From Ruditapes philippinarum (taxonomy: Eukaryota): DNA of 64,000 nt. The notes below the pieces were generated by a model, which worked only from the letters and a program-made list of their open reading frames with translations, did no database searches and was not told where the DNA came from. How positions within the stretch are numbered: the first letter of the stretch is position 1; each line of letters starts with the position of its first letter. A program made the translations under genes and the position numbers. The stretch lies in contig NW_026862116.1 in assembly GCF_026571515.1 (NCBI RefSeq), positions 124,001 to 188,000 on the forward strand. Direction: 5' to 3'. Of this stretch, positions 26,872 through 40,757 are shown one piece after another.

Positions 26872-27025
26872 AAAGGTGAAATAAGTAAAACATCGAAATG
26901 GTCATGTAGAAACATACAAAAGAAACCCCAATGACCATAACAAAAGTACTCAATGTCTTAAAGGAAGACAGAGTAACAAGAAGATCACCTACAAGGGCCC
27001 GACGAAGCAAGACAGAAGAAGGGCT

Positions 27026-27365
27026 TTAAGAACTGTCCATCATAGTCTCCCACTTAGTCCGTCAGATGTTATCAAAAGACGAAAGCGTTGCGTCCAACTG
27101 TAAGCGTTGCGTCCAACTGTACATGGGTTGAACACTAAGCATGCGGTATGTCTTAAAATAAAAGGATCATACTCCCTTTTAGTAAAGACAACAGAAAAAT
27201 TACAATGACCCAAGATCTTACGAAGTTTGTAAACAACATCCCCGTAAAATTCAGGCTGGCTAATCCCTTGTCGCAGAAGAGTTTTCAGATCACTATTGAA
27301 TTTTGAAATTAAATCAAAGTTACGATTGTAAATTTTGTAAAATATTTACGTTAATTATAATAGCG
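27026..27365 (-). mobile_element. Penelope-like element (Naiad-type) reverse transcriptase C-terminal fragment
   Basis: Translation YNRNFDLISKFNSDLKTLLRQGISQPEFYGDVVYKLRKILGHCNFSVVFTKREYDPFILRHTACLVFNPCTVGRNA resembles the C-terminus of molluscan PLE RTs (recognised from memory, not searched). The frame ends with no downstream GIY-YIG, as expected for N-terminal-EN PLEs. This frame is absent from the ORF track. Confidence 0.8.
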
Positions 27366-27395
27366 AAGCATTTATCACAACAAAATTACAAGAGA

Positions 27396-27878
27396 ATTGC
27401 AAACTCGGTTTGATTGAGGATAATGGATAAGTGCAACATCCCTCACGCACCTTAGCACCGGCTTGAGCGGTGCTCAATTCACAACACCTAATAGTGCTGG
27501 CATCAATGATACCGAAGGACCAGACAATATAACAACACTGAAGTAAAGTACGGGGCAACTTTTTACAGCTACCACACGGCACTTGACACCCTCATAAGAT
27601 CCCTTATGAAAGCCCAACACGGCCAAATTGAAAATGTTGCGGGCTCGGTTTGATTAAGCCTGTTCATGGACGGTAATGTCAAGTGCAAACTACCGTCCAC
27701 GCCCCCTAACACCAACTTCCCGGCCCCTTAGCACCGGCATAATTCAACATTTACCATGATCTGGTAAAATTTAGAATTTTGAAACATCCGCAGATGTGAT
27801 CATATGGCGGTTATCATGGAACCTTCAATGGGACACGTTAGTGCCATTCCATGAAAAGCGGCATATGGTCCCCAAGTA
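27396..27878 (-). repeat. Unit B fragment followed in tandem by a short (240-bp period) B variant
   Basis: CTCGGTTTGATT at 27404 and 27644; the conserved B blocks recur in the same order. Confidence 0.8.
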
Positions 27879-29399
27879 AACTCATATAGATATGTTGATA
27901 TTATGGAATAACAAACCACGAATAAAGTATATATGTTATTACTGCAGAATCTAGGTAATAAAGCTGTACCAGACAGAACTACCGGTAAATAAAACATTTT
28001 ATTCCAAGAATTATTTCATAACAATTTTGAAATGATACATTTTCATTGTTTTATCAAAAGTTAAGTCTTCAAGAACATGTGACCAGAATAGGCTAATTCT
28101 CTTTAAGTTGACTAACAATATACATACACAGGTCGCCAATGTAAATTTAGTAATCCTGACTGTGAATCACTTAATAACATAATATTACATTAATTACAGC
28201 ATCGGGTGTGTCTAACTGATTAAATTATAGTTATAAACATATTATATGATACCGCCATTGAAATGGAATTGACTACAAGAAGTCGGTAAAATCGGTATAA
28301 ATTTATTTCCATAGCCAGCACGCCGTTTGCAAAACTGATACAATCAAATGTTTACAGTGTTTTATTAACATGACATTTAATTAATATAAATATCACATGA
28401 TAATGTCAAGTCACCAAGCTTGAACCAAAAATCATGCTTTATCTGCGTAAATGATTAATGATTAAAGCTAGTCGTCGTTCTTTACAAAAAAACATGGTAT
28501 AATCATTTAACATCACTGTGATTATTTAACATTTTTTGTCATTTATTCGAAAAAAAGATATCTTAAAATGCATTCAGTTTGATTTGTTTATCTTAAACGT
28601 ATCTTCCAACAGTGTTTAACAAATAGCTTATATATCTTTGAGAATTTGTTGAGAAATGAGAAGATTTTATCAAAAAGCAAGTTCAAGTTTATTGTTATGA
28701 AGTTCTAGGCCATCGGCCCATATACACAATATAATAACAGAAAGATACATGTACATCTGTTTGTGTCGCAAATTACAGAATGCAAAATAGAAGCATATTC
28801 TATTATATTGAACATTGAACAAGAAGGTAGAAAATAATACATATTACAAAGACTTTAATGTTAAACACGTAGTGTCAAGTTCAGAAAATGGAGAACTGTA
28901 CAAAAAAGACATTAATACATGAAAAATATTTTGTTTACATTATATCAAGTCTTCACACAGATATTATTGTCTTATACTATCAAATTTAGGCAAAATAAAA
29001 AGACATTTTCAATAACTATACGGTTATTATTAATAACGCAGTATGGACATATTCTGTCTCTCAATGCTATAATGTCGCCTAATTCCTATGTTTTAGCTAT
29101 CATTTGAACATATGAAACGCGCAAGTGATTTCCTAAAAAGAAAGAAATAGCAAATTCATATTTAGATATTGTTCAACGTCCAATAAAGATTTAAATGTAG
29201 TATATGTGTCATATCTCGTAGAGGAATGAATGTCTTCAGACCAATTTTGTACCAAACAGTCGGCAATACTTTGTTTAAACGAATATAAACAAATTAAAAT
29301 CTAAACATAACCATATATATATAAAAGTTCGCGGACATGTGTAGCCCCCCCCCCCCTTTTTTTTCTTCCAATATCACCCTGCAACCTTAACATATTGTA

Positions 29400-31900
29400 A
29401 CAGCTTCTTGGATAACGCATTACCGGCATCTGTAAAAGTTTACCCCGATATTTGATGCATTTAATGTAATAAATTGTAAATTAAGCATAACGGAAGACGT
29501 GCACATTCACCCGATGACATACTATTTTTCACGGAATAGTTTACACCTAAAAAGTTTCTACAGAAGTCACTTTGCATGGATATTTTCTATTTCGGATGCA
29601 TACAAATTTCTGCTCCGAATGTCAATATCAGAACTATCATGGAAACGGATAACTTAAACATATCTTGTGATGATGTGAGAAATGATTGCAAATACGGCTT
29701 TTCTAGCTAGCCTACATATTGCGGTAGTCCAAATTAATGTTGGGGTAAATAAAAGACCCATGCGCTTATATATCAAAGCTAACTTTACCTTAATGCCATT
29801 GTATGACCATTTGCCAGAATGTTCACCGTCATTCCGGAACGATTACTAACTCGGATACGGCGTTTAGCTGTAATGGCAAGTTATGTACGATATCCGTCCC
29901 ACAAGCAACATCGTCCGCAAAATGTAAACATGAAGTATCTGATGTATCACTCGTCATAAAAATACCGTTACACGTTTCCCCAAGTGGAATATTAAGTCGT
30001 TAATCTATAAGTTGAACTTTGGCTAAAAATATGATCAACAAGGAAAGGCGGTGTTCAATGAACGCAACCCCCACACGATCAAGCAACAAGAGCCAGTGGC
30101 AAGGAGACCAGAAATACCCCAAACAAAAAAGTACAGGGCACAAGGCAGAGCATTGGCAGGTTAATCACTAAAATTATACATTAGAAGAAATAATTAGTAA
30201 CTGATAAGGAATTCAAAGAAGACAAATAAATGATTGATCAAAAGGCTTATAAAGTCAAAGGGCACTTGGGAAGGGGACAGGAGATCCGGAGAAGGGGGTG
30301 TAAATAAAACAAAAATAAAAACTAAGTGCAAAGAAGAAGATACTTACCGTAGACGAGAAAAGAATAAGGGACACAAAAGTGTCACCAATATAATATAGAC
30401 CATAATTGTCTACACATGTCTAGTTGCCTACTTTATCATTCCCACATCTTCCATTCGTTATGTGTATGTTATATGTACAACATTTTTCAAGTAAAAAATT
30501 AACATTACATTATCGAGAATTATCCTTATTGCTACTATGTTAATCAAAACAATCCGATTCAAAGTCGACTGTTTAATGTTAAAAGTAATCTAGTTTATCA
30601 AAAGGAATATAATCACAAAATCTACTGTTCTGGCATTAAAATCGCCAGCAAGAAATAAATTGCAATTAGGAAAATCATGTTTAAGATCAAAAAAATGTAC
30701 ATATATAGTGCAAAGCCAGTATTTTAAGTATTATTACGATAAGCTGTTCACCCTTCAGTGGAAATATACATTATATATTCAATAATATATTCCATTACTC
30801 TAAACAAGCTACCTTGCAATAGTAGAACCACATATTCATTAAATTAAATTCATGCTTAATTCGTGATATCTGTTTTGAAAAAACATGATCTTCCTAGACA
30901 AATACACTTATTCCAGCACTATTTCCTAAAGCACAATATTGTTTTTTTTTCACAATGACAAAACCCAGGCAAAGGCAAAGACGTATCAAATTCACCAATG
31001 TTTTTAATAAACCAACAATGTCGAAATCATTTAAATAATTGATCAATGTTATATCGTGTATATGTTTATTTAGACCTGTCAATATAATTATATGTTTATA
31101 GATAGTTACTGGATCTGTTCTTTTGGCTGGGCCTTATACCAAAGTTACAGTTTGCGTTTCGATGCCGTCGTCTGTTTGTTGATAACAAGCGCCTGTAATT
31201 ACCCGTTTCCGTCGTCTCTGATGACTTTTGTTCCCGGGTGTCTACGTGCATGAACTATGATATAATTGTCTTTTTTTCTTCGTCATATATGTGCACTGTG
31301 TTTTCAATAATACGTTTATCATAGCACATCGAAGCGAACTGTCCGTTTTACTTAGCATGTAGGAGGCGTTTACCTAGTTATCATCGATGTAGTTTTACAC
31401 GGTCCGTAAAATCCTCAGTATCTAACACTTATCTAGACTGATTGAGTATAGTTTCCATGTCTTTGAGAATTTAACAATATCAGTACTTTTATTTTCGTAA
31501 CGTGACTCCATACGACGTGCTTCAATCTCGGCTTGTTCCATATAAGGCATATTTAGATCGGATGTAAAGAAATGTATCACTTTTCACTTTACGCGTGTAT
31601 TGTTCCTTCTAGAAGTGTCTTCTCATTTGTCCGTTTTCTTCATGATTATATCAAATCCTTACCATAGTCTTTTTTTCCCTTCTTTAAGCGATTCATTTCT
31701 GCTTTTACTTGATTCATACTAATTCTAATTTACTAGTTCTAATTTCTTGTAAATATTCAAGTACTTCTGCAATATTGCTAGCATTATTACTGGGTGGGGT
31801 TCCAGGTTCAGATGAAAGGTTTTTATTTGTGTTGGGTTCTCGTTCTTGGTTCATTTACAGAAGGTAATGCTTAAGAAAATGTAATATGTGTCTGTCTGTT
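29400..31900 (-). mobile_element. Decayed, internally deleted L2/CR1-group LINE (ORF1, APE endonuclease, RT)
   Basis: ORF1-like EDFTDRVKLHR..LGKRLLHAK.NGQFASMCYDKRII (~31300-31420); APE motifs YLNDFDIVGL, GISVFV and LFLAGDFNART (~30630-31080); RT CLHFADDVA (~29905-29930) and FCRNFLGV...GECARLPL (~29490-29570). Confidence 0.85.
30026..30386 (-). mobile_element. Module A (PLE pseudo-LTR) copy nested in the LINE
   Basis: Colinear with 25669-26022; lies between the APE and RT remnants. Confidence 0.85.
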
Positions 31901-32107
31901 CTGTAAGCGGTGATGCTTCTACTAGTTCTTGTTACCGGACCAAGATTTCTTTTCAATATCCGCACATTCAACTAGTAATAATCCAGTCAGAACAAATAAC
32001 CTTAAACTTAAGTTACATATCCCACTTTATATCCATGTATCACTATTCGAAATTTATTTGGGATATAAATGTACGAATCCGAGCGCGCTAGACACTTATT
32101 TACTAGA

Positions 32108-32198
32108 TGGATAGCATACTCACATGAACTAATCCCGATTTCTTTACTGGATTCAAACCCACAGCGCTAGCGATAAGGGGCAAGTGGTTTGAAGTCAA
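32108..32198 (-). mobile_element. Fragment of the tRNA-derived SINE head (same family as 62654)
   Basis: Reverse complement of TTGA.TTCAAACCACTTGCCCC...GCTGTGGGTTTGAATCC...CATGTGAG.A.GCTATCC. Confidence 0.75.
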
Positions 32199-33870
32199 AG
32201 CAATTTTTCCCATAAATTATGCAATAAATTTTTGCTCAATACGTGATGTTTTAAGACTCTTAATGTCAAACCACACAATAATTTTAAATATAGATGCGTT
32301 ACACTTAGACAAATGTTCATCAGCTTCATTCTAAAAATGGGTCTAATTTCAGTATGACAGAATTCTGATCCTAGATAGTTTATTCCCGAAACAAGTTTTG
32401 TAAATCTTGTCTGGTGAAATAAAACATCCAGACATATGGTATTGCAAAAAATTGTTATTAATGTGCAAATTGCCTTGTCAAAATGTCTAATAGTTAACAA
32501 GAAATCAATTATAAACGAAAAATAAGAACTATTCGGCAGACTGTGCAATGGCAGTAACCAGATATGAGACAGTTAACTTGTCATATACAAAGAACCATCC
32601 CCTTACCACTTAAATGTAATTGTCAATCAATTTATAACTGACGACATTATATCTTCGAACGATTTTTATCCTTGATATGTTCACATTAAAAACATGATCA
32701 TGATTGATAAGTGTAAGTTTTTTAAGTTGGTAACGCCTTCGATTTCTTACAAGTTTTAATTGATTCCCAAGTCATTTGACCCTTTTTGAAAGTTAAACTT
32801 AAGATAAGACAATGTATGTCATTATCGGTGTAAGACTGTCGTACAACACTTATTTAGTTCTTACTAGACTAGAACTAACACACGAGGCCATGAAAACACG
32901 AATCGTGATTTCAATATTAAAAACAAAAGGAGGTTACAATTAATTCATTCCTGAATATATGTTTTTAAATTTGAGACTGTATAATTTTCAAACCGACTAT
33001 ATTTAACGACCACGAAGGTTTACTGTGAGAGAATAAGTATGTTTACGTGAAACATAACCAGATAATTAGAGAAACATCCAAAGTTAAATACAAAAAAACA
33101 CGTTCAAGATGTACACGACTTTTCACAATAACTAAAGTTACAAAAAGAAATTAAAAAAAAAATGAAATCTCAATTATTTAAACACCGTTGAGATTTGCTA
33201 AGCATCATGAAAAGGTATGAAATATATTCAAGGAAATATTGAAAGGAACTCCTTCTCTAGATATTATACCATCAGACGAAAAAAAGAAAGAAATACAATC
33301 AATATTAATATGTATGTTTGTAATCGACAAATAAAGAATATGTTTATTAAGAAAACTGATATGTAATCGAATAACATTTTTATTGTCTATTATACATGTC
33401 AAAGGTAGATTGCATAGAGTATTTATGACTATAGACAGCAGAATATTATAAGCAGATCAAACAATAATCTAAGATCTTATCATTTATAAATCGAATATAA
33501 ATAATGCAGTATCTTGACATTTATTATACCAATGCTATGTTTTAGTACTTAAAACATAATGAAATGCATGTGTGCAATTTTATTAATGTCCAAGAATGAC
33601 AAAATAGAAATATGGTATGTTCCGCTTGAAATAAGTTAAATATCAATACATGTATTAGGACACGAACAAATTTATTTTGTTGGCCTGAACGTCCGCAAAA
33701 ACTCGAAATTTCTTACAAATTAGAATCTTAAAGAATAACTTTGCATAATTTAGTTTTCTTTTTATAAGTACATGTATATGCATGTACGCAATTCGTAAGC
33801 TTTTTGAACAGAAACATGTGCCATGAATACTTCTGGAAAAGCAAAGCTCAACCAAGTTTATATATTATTA

Positions 33871-36273
33871 TTATTATACCACCGCACAACAAAGTTGTAA
33901 GGGGGGTATACTGGAATCAGCTTGTCCGTCCGGCTGTCCTTCCGTCCGGCCGTCCGTCGGTTTTTTCTTGTCCGCCCAATAACTTAACATTCCTTTGACC
34001 CACAGTCTCCATATTTTGCATGCAGGTTAGTCATGACAAGTAGATGACACCTATTTATTTTGAGGACACCAGGTCAAAGGTAAAGGTCACAGGGGCCTTG
34101 ACTTCAAAAAGCTTGTCCGCCCAATAACGTATGATTCCTTTGACCCACAGTCTTCATATTTGGCATGCAGGTTAGTCATGTTGAGCAGATGACCCCTATT
34201 GATTTTGAGGTCACCAGGTCAAAGGTCACAGGGGCTTTGACTTCAAAAAGCTTGTCCGCCCAATAACTTCAGATTCCTTTGACCCACAGTCTTCATATTT
34301 GGCACGCAGGTTAGTCATGTTGAGTAGATGACCCCAATTGATTTTGAGGTCACCAGGTCAAAGGTCAAGGTCACAGGGGCCTTGACTTCAAAAAGCTTGT
34401 ATGCCCAATAACTTAAAGATTCCTTTGACCAACAGTATACATATTTGGCATGCAGGTTAGTCATGACAAGTAGATGACCCCTTTTTGATTTTGAGGTGAA
34501 AGGTCAAGGTCACAGGGACCTTGACTTCAAAAAGATTGTCTGCCCAATAACTTAAGATTCCTTTGACCCACAGTCATCATATTTGGCATGGAGGTTAGTC
34601 ATGACGTGTAGATGACCCCTATTGATTTTGAGGTCAAAGGTTAAGGTCACAGGGGCCTTGACTTCAAAAAGCTTGTCCGCCCAATAACTTAAGATTCCTT
34701 TGACCCACAGTCTTCATATTAGGTATGGAGGTTAGTCATGTTTAGTAGATGACTCCTGTTGACTTTGAGGTCACCAGGTCAAAGGTCAAGGTCACAGGGG
34801 CCTTGACTTCAAAAAGCTTGTCCGCCCAATAACTTAAGATTCCATTGACCCACAGTCATCATATTTGGCATGGAGGTTAGTCATGACGTGTAGATGACCC
34901 CTATTGATTTTGAGGTCAAAGGTTAAGGTCACAGGGGCCTTGACTTCAAAAAAGCTTGTCCGCCCAATAACTTAAGATTCCATTGATCCACAGTCTTCAT
35001 ATTTCGCATGGAGGTTAGTCATGACAAGTAGATGACCCCTATTGATATTGAGGTCACCAGGTCAAAGGTCAATGTCACAGGGGCCTTGACTTCAAAAAGC
35101 TTGTCCGCCCAATTACTAGATTTCTTTTACCCACAGTCTTCATATTTGGCTTGGAGGTTAGTCATGTTGAGTAGATGACCCCTTATGATTTAGAGGTCAC
35201 CAGGTCAAGGTCACAGCAGCCTTGAATTCAAAAAGCTTGTCCGCCCAATAACTTAAGAATCCTTTGACCCACAGTCTTCATATATGGCATGGAGGTTAGT
35301 CATGATAAGTAGATGACACCTTATGATTTTGAGGTCACCAGGTCAAGGTCACAGGGACTTTGACTTCAAAAAGTTTGTCAGCCCAATAAATTAAGAAACC
35401 TTTGACCCAAAGTCTTTTAATTTGGCATGGAGGTTAGTCATGATTAGTTGATGTCCCCTATTGATTTTTTTTGGACACTGGGTCAAAGGTCAAGGTCACA
35501 GGGCCTTGACCATAAAAAGCTTGTCCGCCCAATAACTTAAGATTCCTTTGATCAACAGTCTTCATATTTGGCATGCAGGTTAGTCATGACGAGTAGATGA
35601 CCCCTATGATTTTGAGGTCACCAGGTCAAAGGTCAATGGTCACAGGGGCTTTGACTTCAAAGAGCTTGTCCGCCCAATAACTTAAGATTCCTTTGACCCA
35701 CAGTCTTCATATTTGGCATGCAGGTTAGTCATGACGAGTAGATGACCCCTATTGATTTTGAGGTCACCAGGTCAAGGTCACGGGGGATCTTGACTTCAAA
35801 AAGCTTGTCCGCCCAATAAATTAAGAAACCTTTGACCCACAGTTTTCATATTTGGCATGGAGGTAAGTCATGATTAGTAGATGTCCCCTATTGATTTGTT
35901 TTGGACACTGGGTCAAAGGTCAAGGTCACAGGAGCATTGACTATAATAAGCTTGTCCGCCCAATTACTTAAGATTCCTTTGACCCACTGTCTTCATATTT
36001 GGCATGGAGGTTAGTCATGATTACCCCTTTTGATTTTGAGGGTACTGGGTCAAAGGTCAACTAAAAAAAAATTTCCCCTCAATTACTTAAGAATGCCTGT
36101 CCACAGTGTATTGATTTTGACATTTTCACATTTGAAGCATGTAGAATACATAACTTAGAATGCACTGGCTTAGATTTGGCAGGGACATTGTCCTTGAGCT
36201 CTAAATGGCCACTGTTGATTCTGACACAGTGGTATGCGGGGGTATTCACGCCATGACAGTGGCAGTTCTAGTT
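33871..36273 (+). mobile_element. Non-autonomous Helentron-type element (HINE) with internal satellite array
   Basis: Subterminal IR ATACCACCGCA (33876)/TGCGGGGGTAT (36235); 5' hairpin; (GTCC)n-like microsatellite ~33923-33960; 3' hairpin GCCATGACAGTGGC then TTCTAGTT; (TTA)n on both flanks. Confidence 0.85.
33965..36090. repeat. ~141-bp satellite, about 15 monomers
   Basis: Anchor TTGTCCGCCCAATAAC (or close variant) recurs from ~33969 to ~35952 at roughly 136-146 bp spacing. Confidence 0.97.
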
Positions 36274-39200
36274 GTTATTATTATTATTATTCGTTCATAT
36301 CACAATTAATACATGCAGAACTTGTAGTTTTATCAAAGTTATGTAAGTTCACTACGAATATAGAACTGTTACAGTACATAAATATTTATTACAACGATTT
36401 ACCGGATAATATACATTTCCCACTCTGCGGCAGTATTTGTATCGTTGACATTGTCATTAAAGTGATAAAGGCTGTTTCGCACGAGAGCTCAATTAAGAAA
36501 CATGCACTCACAACTTGATGAAATATTTATAACGTGTTTTCATATTAGTTTAGATTCTGGTATAATGGTGTCTTGAATTACAAAATAAAACGTGAAGAAT
36601 AGGTGCCAAGAAACAAATCCTTTTCGTCCAGAGATTTGTGGTAAAATCTAGCCATTTAAATCATTATACCCTGGTTAAATAAACTTCTATTAAAATGCAT
36701 ATACCTTTTAATTTCTAAGCACACACCTGGAGCATTTAAGAATGATAGTTCATTAGAAATTGATAGATGTTTTCCTTAAATAAGAATACGAATTTTATTA
36801 AGCATAAAGCATAATATACATTTGCTGATAGTCACATAACAATGATACACATGTACAGTGAAAAAAATAACAGTTTACAATAAACAGTTTTCAGAAGTAT
36901 TCAAATTACGATAGGAACAAATAAGACTAGTACTTATCAATAATATAGTTATATAGAAAAATAGATTAAGAGATACGTTAATGATTTGCCCAATACAAAT
37001 TGAGCTTTGGCAAATATCGTTTTTTTATGACAAAAGACTGCCAAGTTTATTTATAGTCGGCATATGACAGCAGTATGGTTAAACATATTTTGTTCAAAGA
37101 TCTCGGTCGTGGGGAAATACAAAAAGAAAGTGATATTTACTCCTAAGTACCTCATATTGCACGATAATCATATTCGCTGCTATTATCTAGATGTATTTTC
37201 ATAATTATTCATCTACATTATCAAGTCGCGTATTTATTCCACAGTGACTTTGTTTTAAAACAATATTTAAAGTCGATCAATTTTGAGTTTTGTTGATCAA
37301 TCAAGCAAGTAAGTTATTGAGAAACATAATGTAAAGCTTATAATTATAGATGCTATCAATTTCAAAATTCTGTTGAAATTGATTTCTGATGAAATTGGAA
37401 ATGATTGTATATTTACCCATGAGACTCTGTTGTCAAATTAATTATAAATTTTATCTTAATTTCTTACGTCATAAATAATACGTAAATAGCGAATTGTTGC
37501 TTTGTCATGGAAATGTAATATTTCTTATTTATAGTTTCATAAAAAAGTACTAAGTTTGCGTTCTCAAATTGACCTTGTCATTATTATTGTATGTTTAATA
37601 TACATTGTTTCTAGTAAATCACTTAACATGAGTTTACGGTCTTTATCTAGTAAATCAATCAACATATGTTTAAGGTCATTAGGATATACAAACCAAACAA
37701 TTTATTTTGTATTTATGTCTATAAATGTAAAAAAATAATAATAAAATAAATGTCAATATAAAAATGAACAAAAATTGTTTTACAAGCCATTTAGGTGGAT
37801 ATAATGAACTTTGTTGGTTAACTTTAGTTATATATATGCAGGCAAATAAATAAAACATAAACTGCTACCACAGACGAAAATATGTGTCTTAAATAAGTAA
37901 CCTCCAGCCATAGATTTCGTTTGACCGGAATACGTAGCAGCGGTGCAAAATTCTTTTATTAGCCATCTTTTGATATAAATAACGCAATACCACGGCAGAA
38001 AAGATCAAGTTTGTAATGCACAGAGTCTATAGTGCTTTGGCAGGGATTCCCGGGATTTATTACTTCTGTTTAACCCTGAATTGTGAAAACTGATAAGCAA
38101 TAAAATTGTTTCCGCAAACTATCTGTCTGAAGGCATTTTATCTGAACAAGTTCTTGTAAGATATAGGGTGCAAAAACATGGAATTGATAAACGTGTTGCT
38201 CAAAACTATGCAACTGTAATACATTGCCATAAATATTTTTATAGGCAATTAAGAAATTGTTTAATTATATTTGATGTACTTCGCTTTTTTGTGAATAGAA
38301 TATTTAAAGCACTGTATTATTATCCATACTTAAATATATGTATCTGCTAAACATCATGTTTATATATATATATATCTCCGAGTAAGATATCTTGTGAACG
38401 ATGTTTTACTTTATAACGTTGACATTTGTTTGTCGCTTAAAACAAAATCAAAAGTTAGCTACCTTACGCACACGACTACAGAGCCCTATTTATTTAAAAG
38501 TGATAAAGTGACGACCTTGTTTATTTCGATAATTTGTTTTATATAATAACACGTTGTAGTTAGAAATAGCCATAATAGTCGCGGAGGATTATATCATGAT
38601 AAGGATTTTTTAAACTGCATTTAAGATGCAAAATGCATTCCCAAAATGTGTTATGTACATATAATAAATGAAATAAATATTATACAACAAAATAAATTCA
38701 CAATAATGAATTTTAAAATATAACTGCAGGAAGTAACATATATACCACATTACTTTACAAAAGGTTAAAATATACTGCTATCTGCACAATATTCAAGAAA
38801 AGATTTAAATGAGGACATATCATCATCTTGAGCTCGTAATCACTCATTTACTCTGTTTTAAAGGAAAAAAGTCACACAGAAAGATAAGAGTTCAATTGTA
38901 TTTTTATATTTGGAGATGATATATGTGCAGACGTTTCAAGTATCAATTGCTTTTATCATCTTCTCATCCTCAATTATATACATTCACATTTCAATTATCG
39001 TGACACAAACAACGGAAATCCATGTTGTTTTGAATAGAAATTACATGCTTTTATCACATTAAGCTAGAAACCGCACACTTTTAATTACATTTACTTTATT
39101 TCGATTTTATGAAGCGTTCAATCACAATGTTTGAAATCAAATACATATCTGGCACTAATTATTTTTATTGTATCCAATACAGAAACGTCTGATATAAAAT

Positions 39201-40757
39201 ACATATTGGTCTCTACCTAGACGTCGGTTTTGAGGCATTAATACGAAAACAATGGAAACTAAAACTTAATAATTGCTGTGATGATATAAGAAATACGGTA
39301 ACCAGATGCTATTACGAATGGATGACTGACCTATTTCTAAACATAATTGCAATAACAATTTTGGAAAACTATGACATACATGTGTCTTTATTTTAATAAG
39401 TAAAGTGTATGATTTTGATATGTCTCCATGATCCGTTGTTTATTTCAATAAATTGATTTTATTTTATTTTTGAATATGTTAATTGTTTTTTGTTTTAAAA
39501 CATTTTCCAATGTTTTTACGAATATCCTGACATTATCTATGCATCAATGCCGTTTGAAAGCATTTGTTTTATACATACATAGACGAAAAAACAGACAAAA
39601 TGTCTCAATGGTTGAAGCTTAATTGGCCAGTGTCTTCGTCATAGACTGTATTAAGACATTTTATAAGCAGGTTTGTATAATATAACTAACAAATTGCAAG
39701 TGGTAGTAAGAAATGGGCGCAATTGTCCCAGAGGATTTTATCATAATACGGATATTAACAAGCTGATTTTAAAATGCAAAATGCATTCCCAAATACATTC
39801 ATTTGTTGTTGTTGATATCTTTAGTTAAGATTATTATAGTTTCTTATGTCGTAGTATTTCGTAAGTTTCGACAGAAAAGGTGTATATTCAAAACATAAAG
39901 AAATGGTAAATCAAAACTACGTTGACAGAAGAATGGTTCAAACACTGGAACCGACAACAAAAGTATGGACGAAGAAAGTATTGTTTTACCGTCAGGAGTA
40001 GAGGCGATATGATTCGATATGTAAATCTTTCTCGTCAAATAGAATAGCAAAACATAATCCGATATATTTTTGCAAGAGACTGAATCAAAATGTTGTTTAT
40101 TCGATCAATAAAATGGGATTTATATTTAATAAACGTCAAGTCTTAAATGATACTTAAACTGTGGTAAACGCAGCATTAGAAGATAAATTAAAACAGAAAT
40201 TAGGTCGCCAAGGACGGCAGAACAAAAATTACGGCATGTTTTGTTAAAAAAGGCCGATTTATAGACGACAGTTGTACCAGCAAGTACCTGTCCGTCGCAA
40301 TACAACTTTTAAGAAAATAACACATCTTTTTTAGACGTTAAATGTATTGAAACATTTGGTAATATAAACATAACTATATGGAAGTTTAAAACTTGAAATT
40401 GTGGGCTTATGTAATTTTGCCGTTTTTAATCTTTCCAAAGGATCACTTTTATTTTACGAGATATGTATTACAAGTTAGGATTTTACTGTCATCAATAAAT
40501 ACTTTAAGTAAATTCAGATGCACTCAGCCTTCAAAATTAATTTTCCTTGACTACTTCGTTGACTTCTTTTAAAAAACCATTATTAAACTGTACATAATTT
40601 CCTACATTTAATGCACGAGTTACACACACGAATACGACCAGAAAAAAACACCTTGTCATATTCGAGCGCCATATGACGTAGAAGAATAACAATTGACGCT
40701 TTACCATTGTATACTAAGTTTCAATTCGACAAGGTTTATTACAACAAAGGCTAATTA

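Noticed and set aside
27860-27878. Second twister suggested by GGTCCCCAAGT in antisense B
   Set aside because: No P4 closure, P2 or GAGG partner strand could be built.
33965-36090. CRISPR-like array
   Set aside because: Whole monomers repeat with no unique spacers; eukaryotic satellite inside a HINE.
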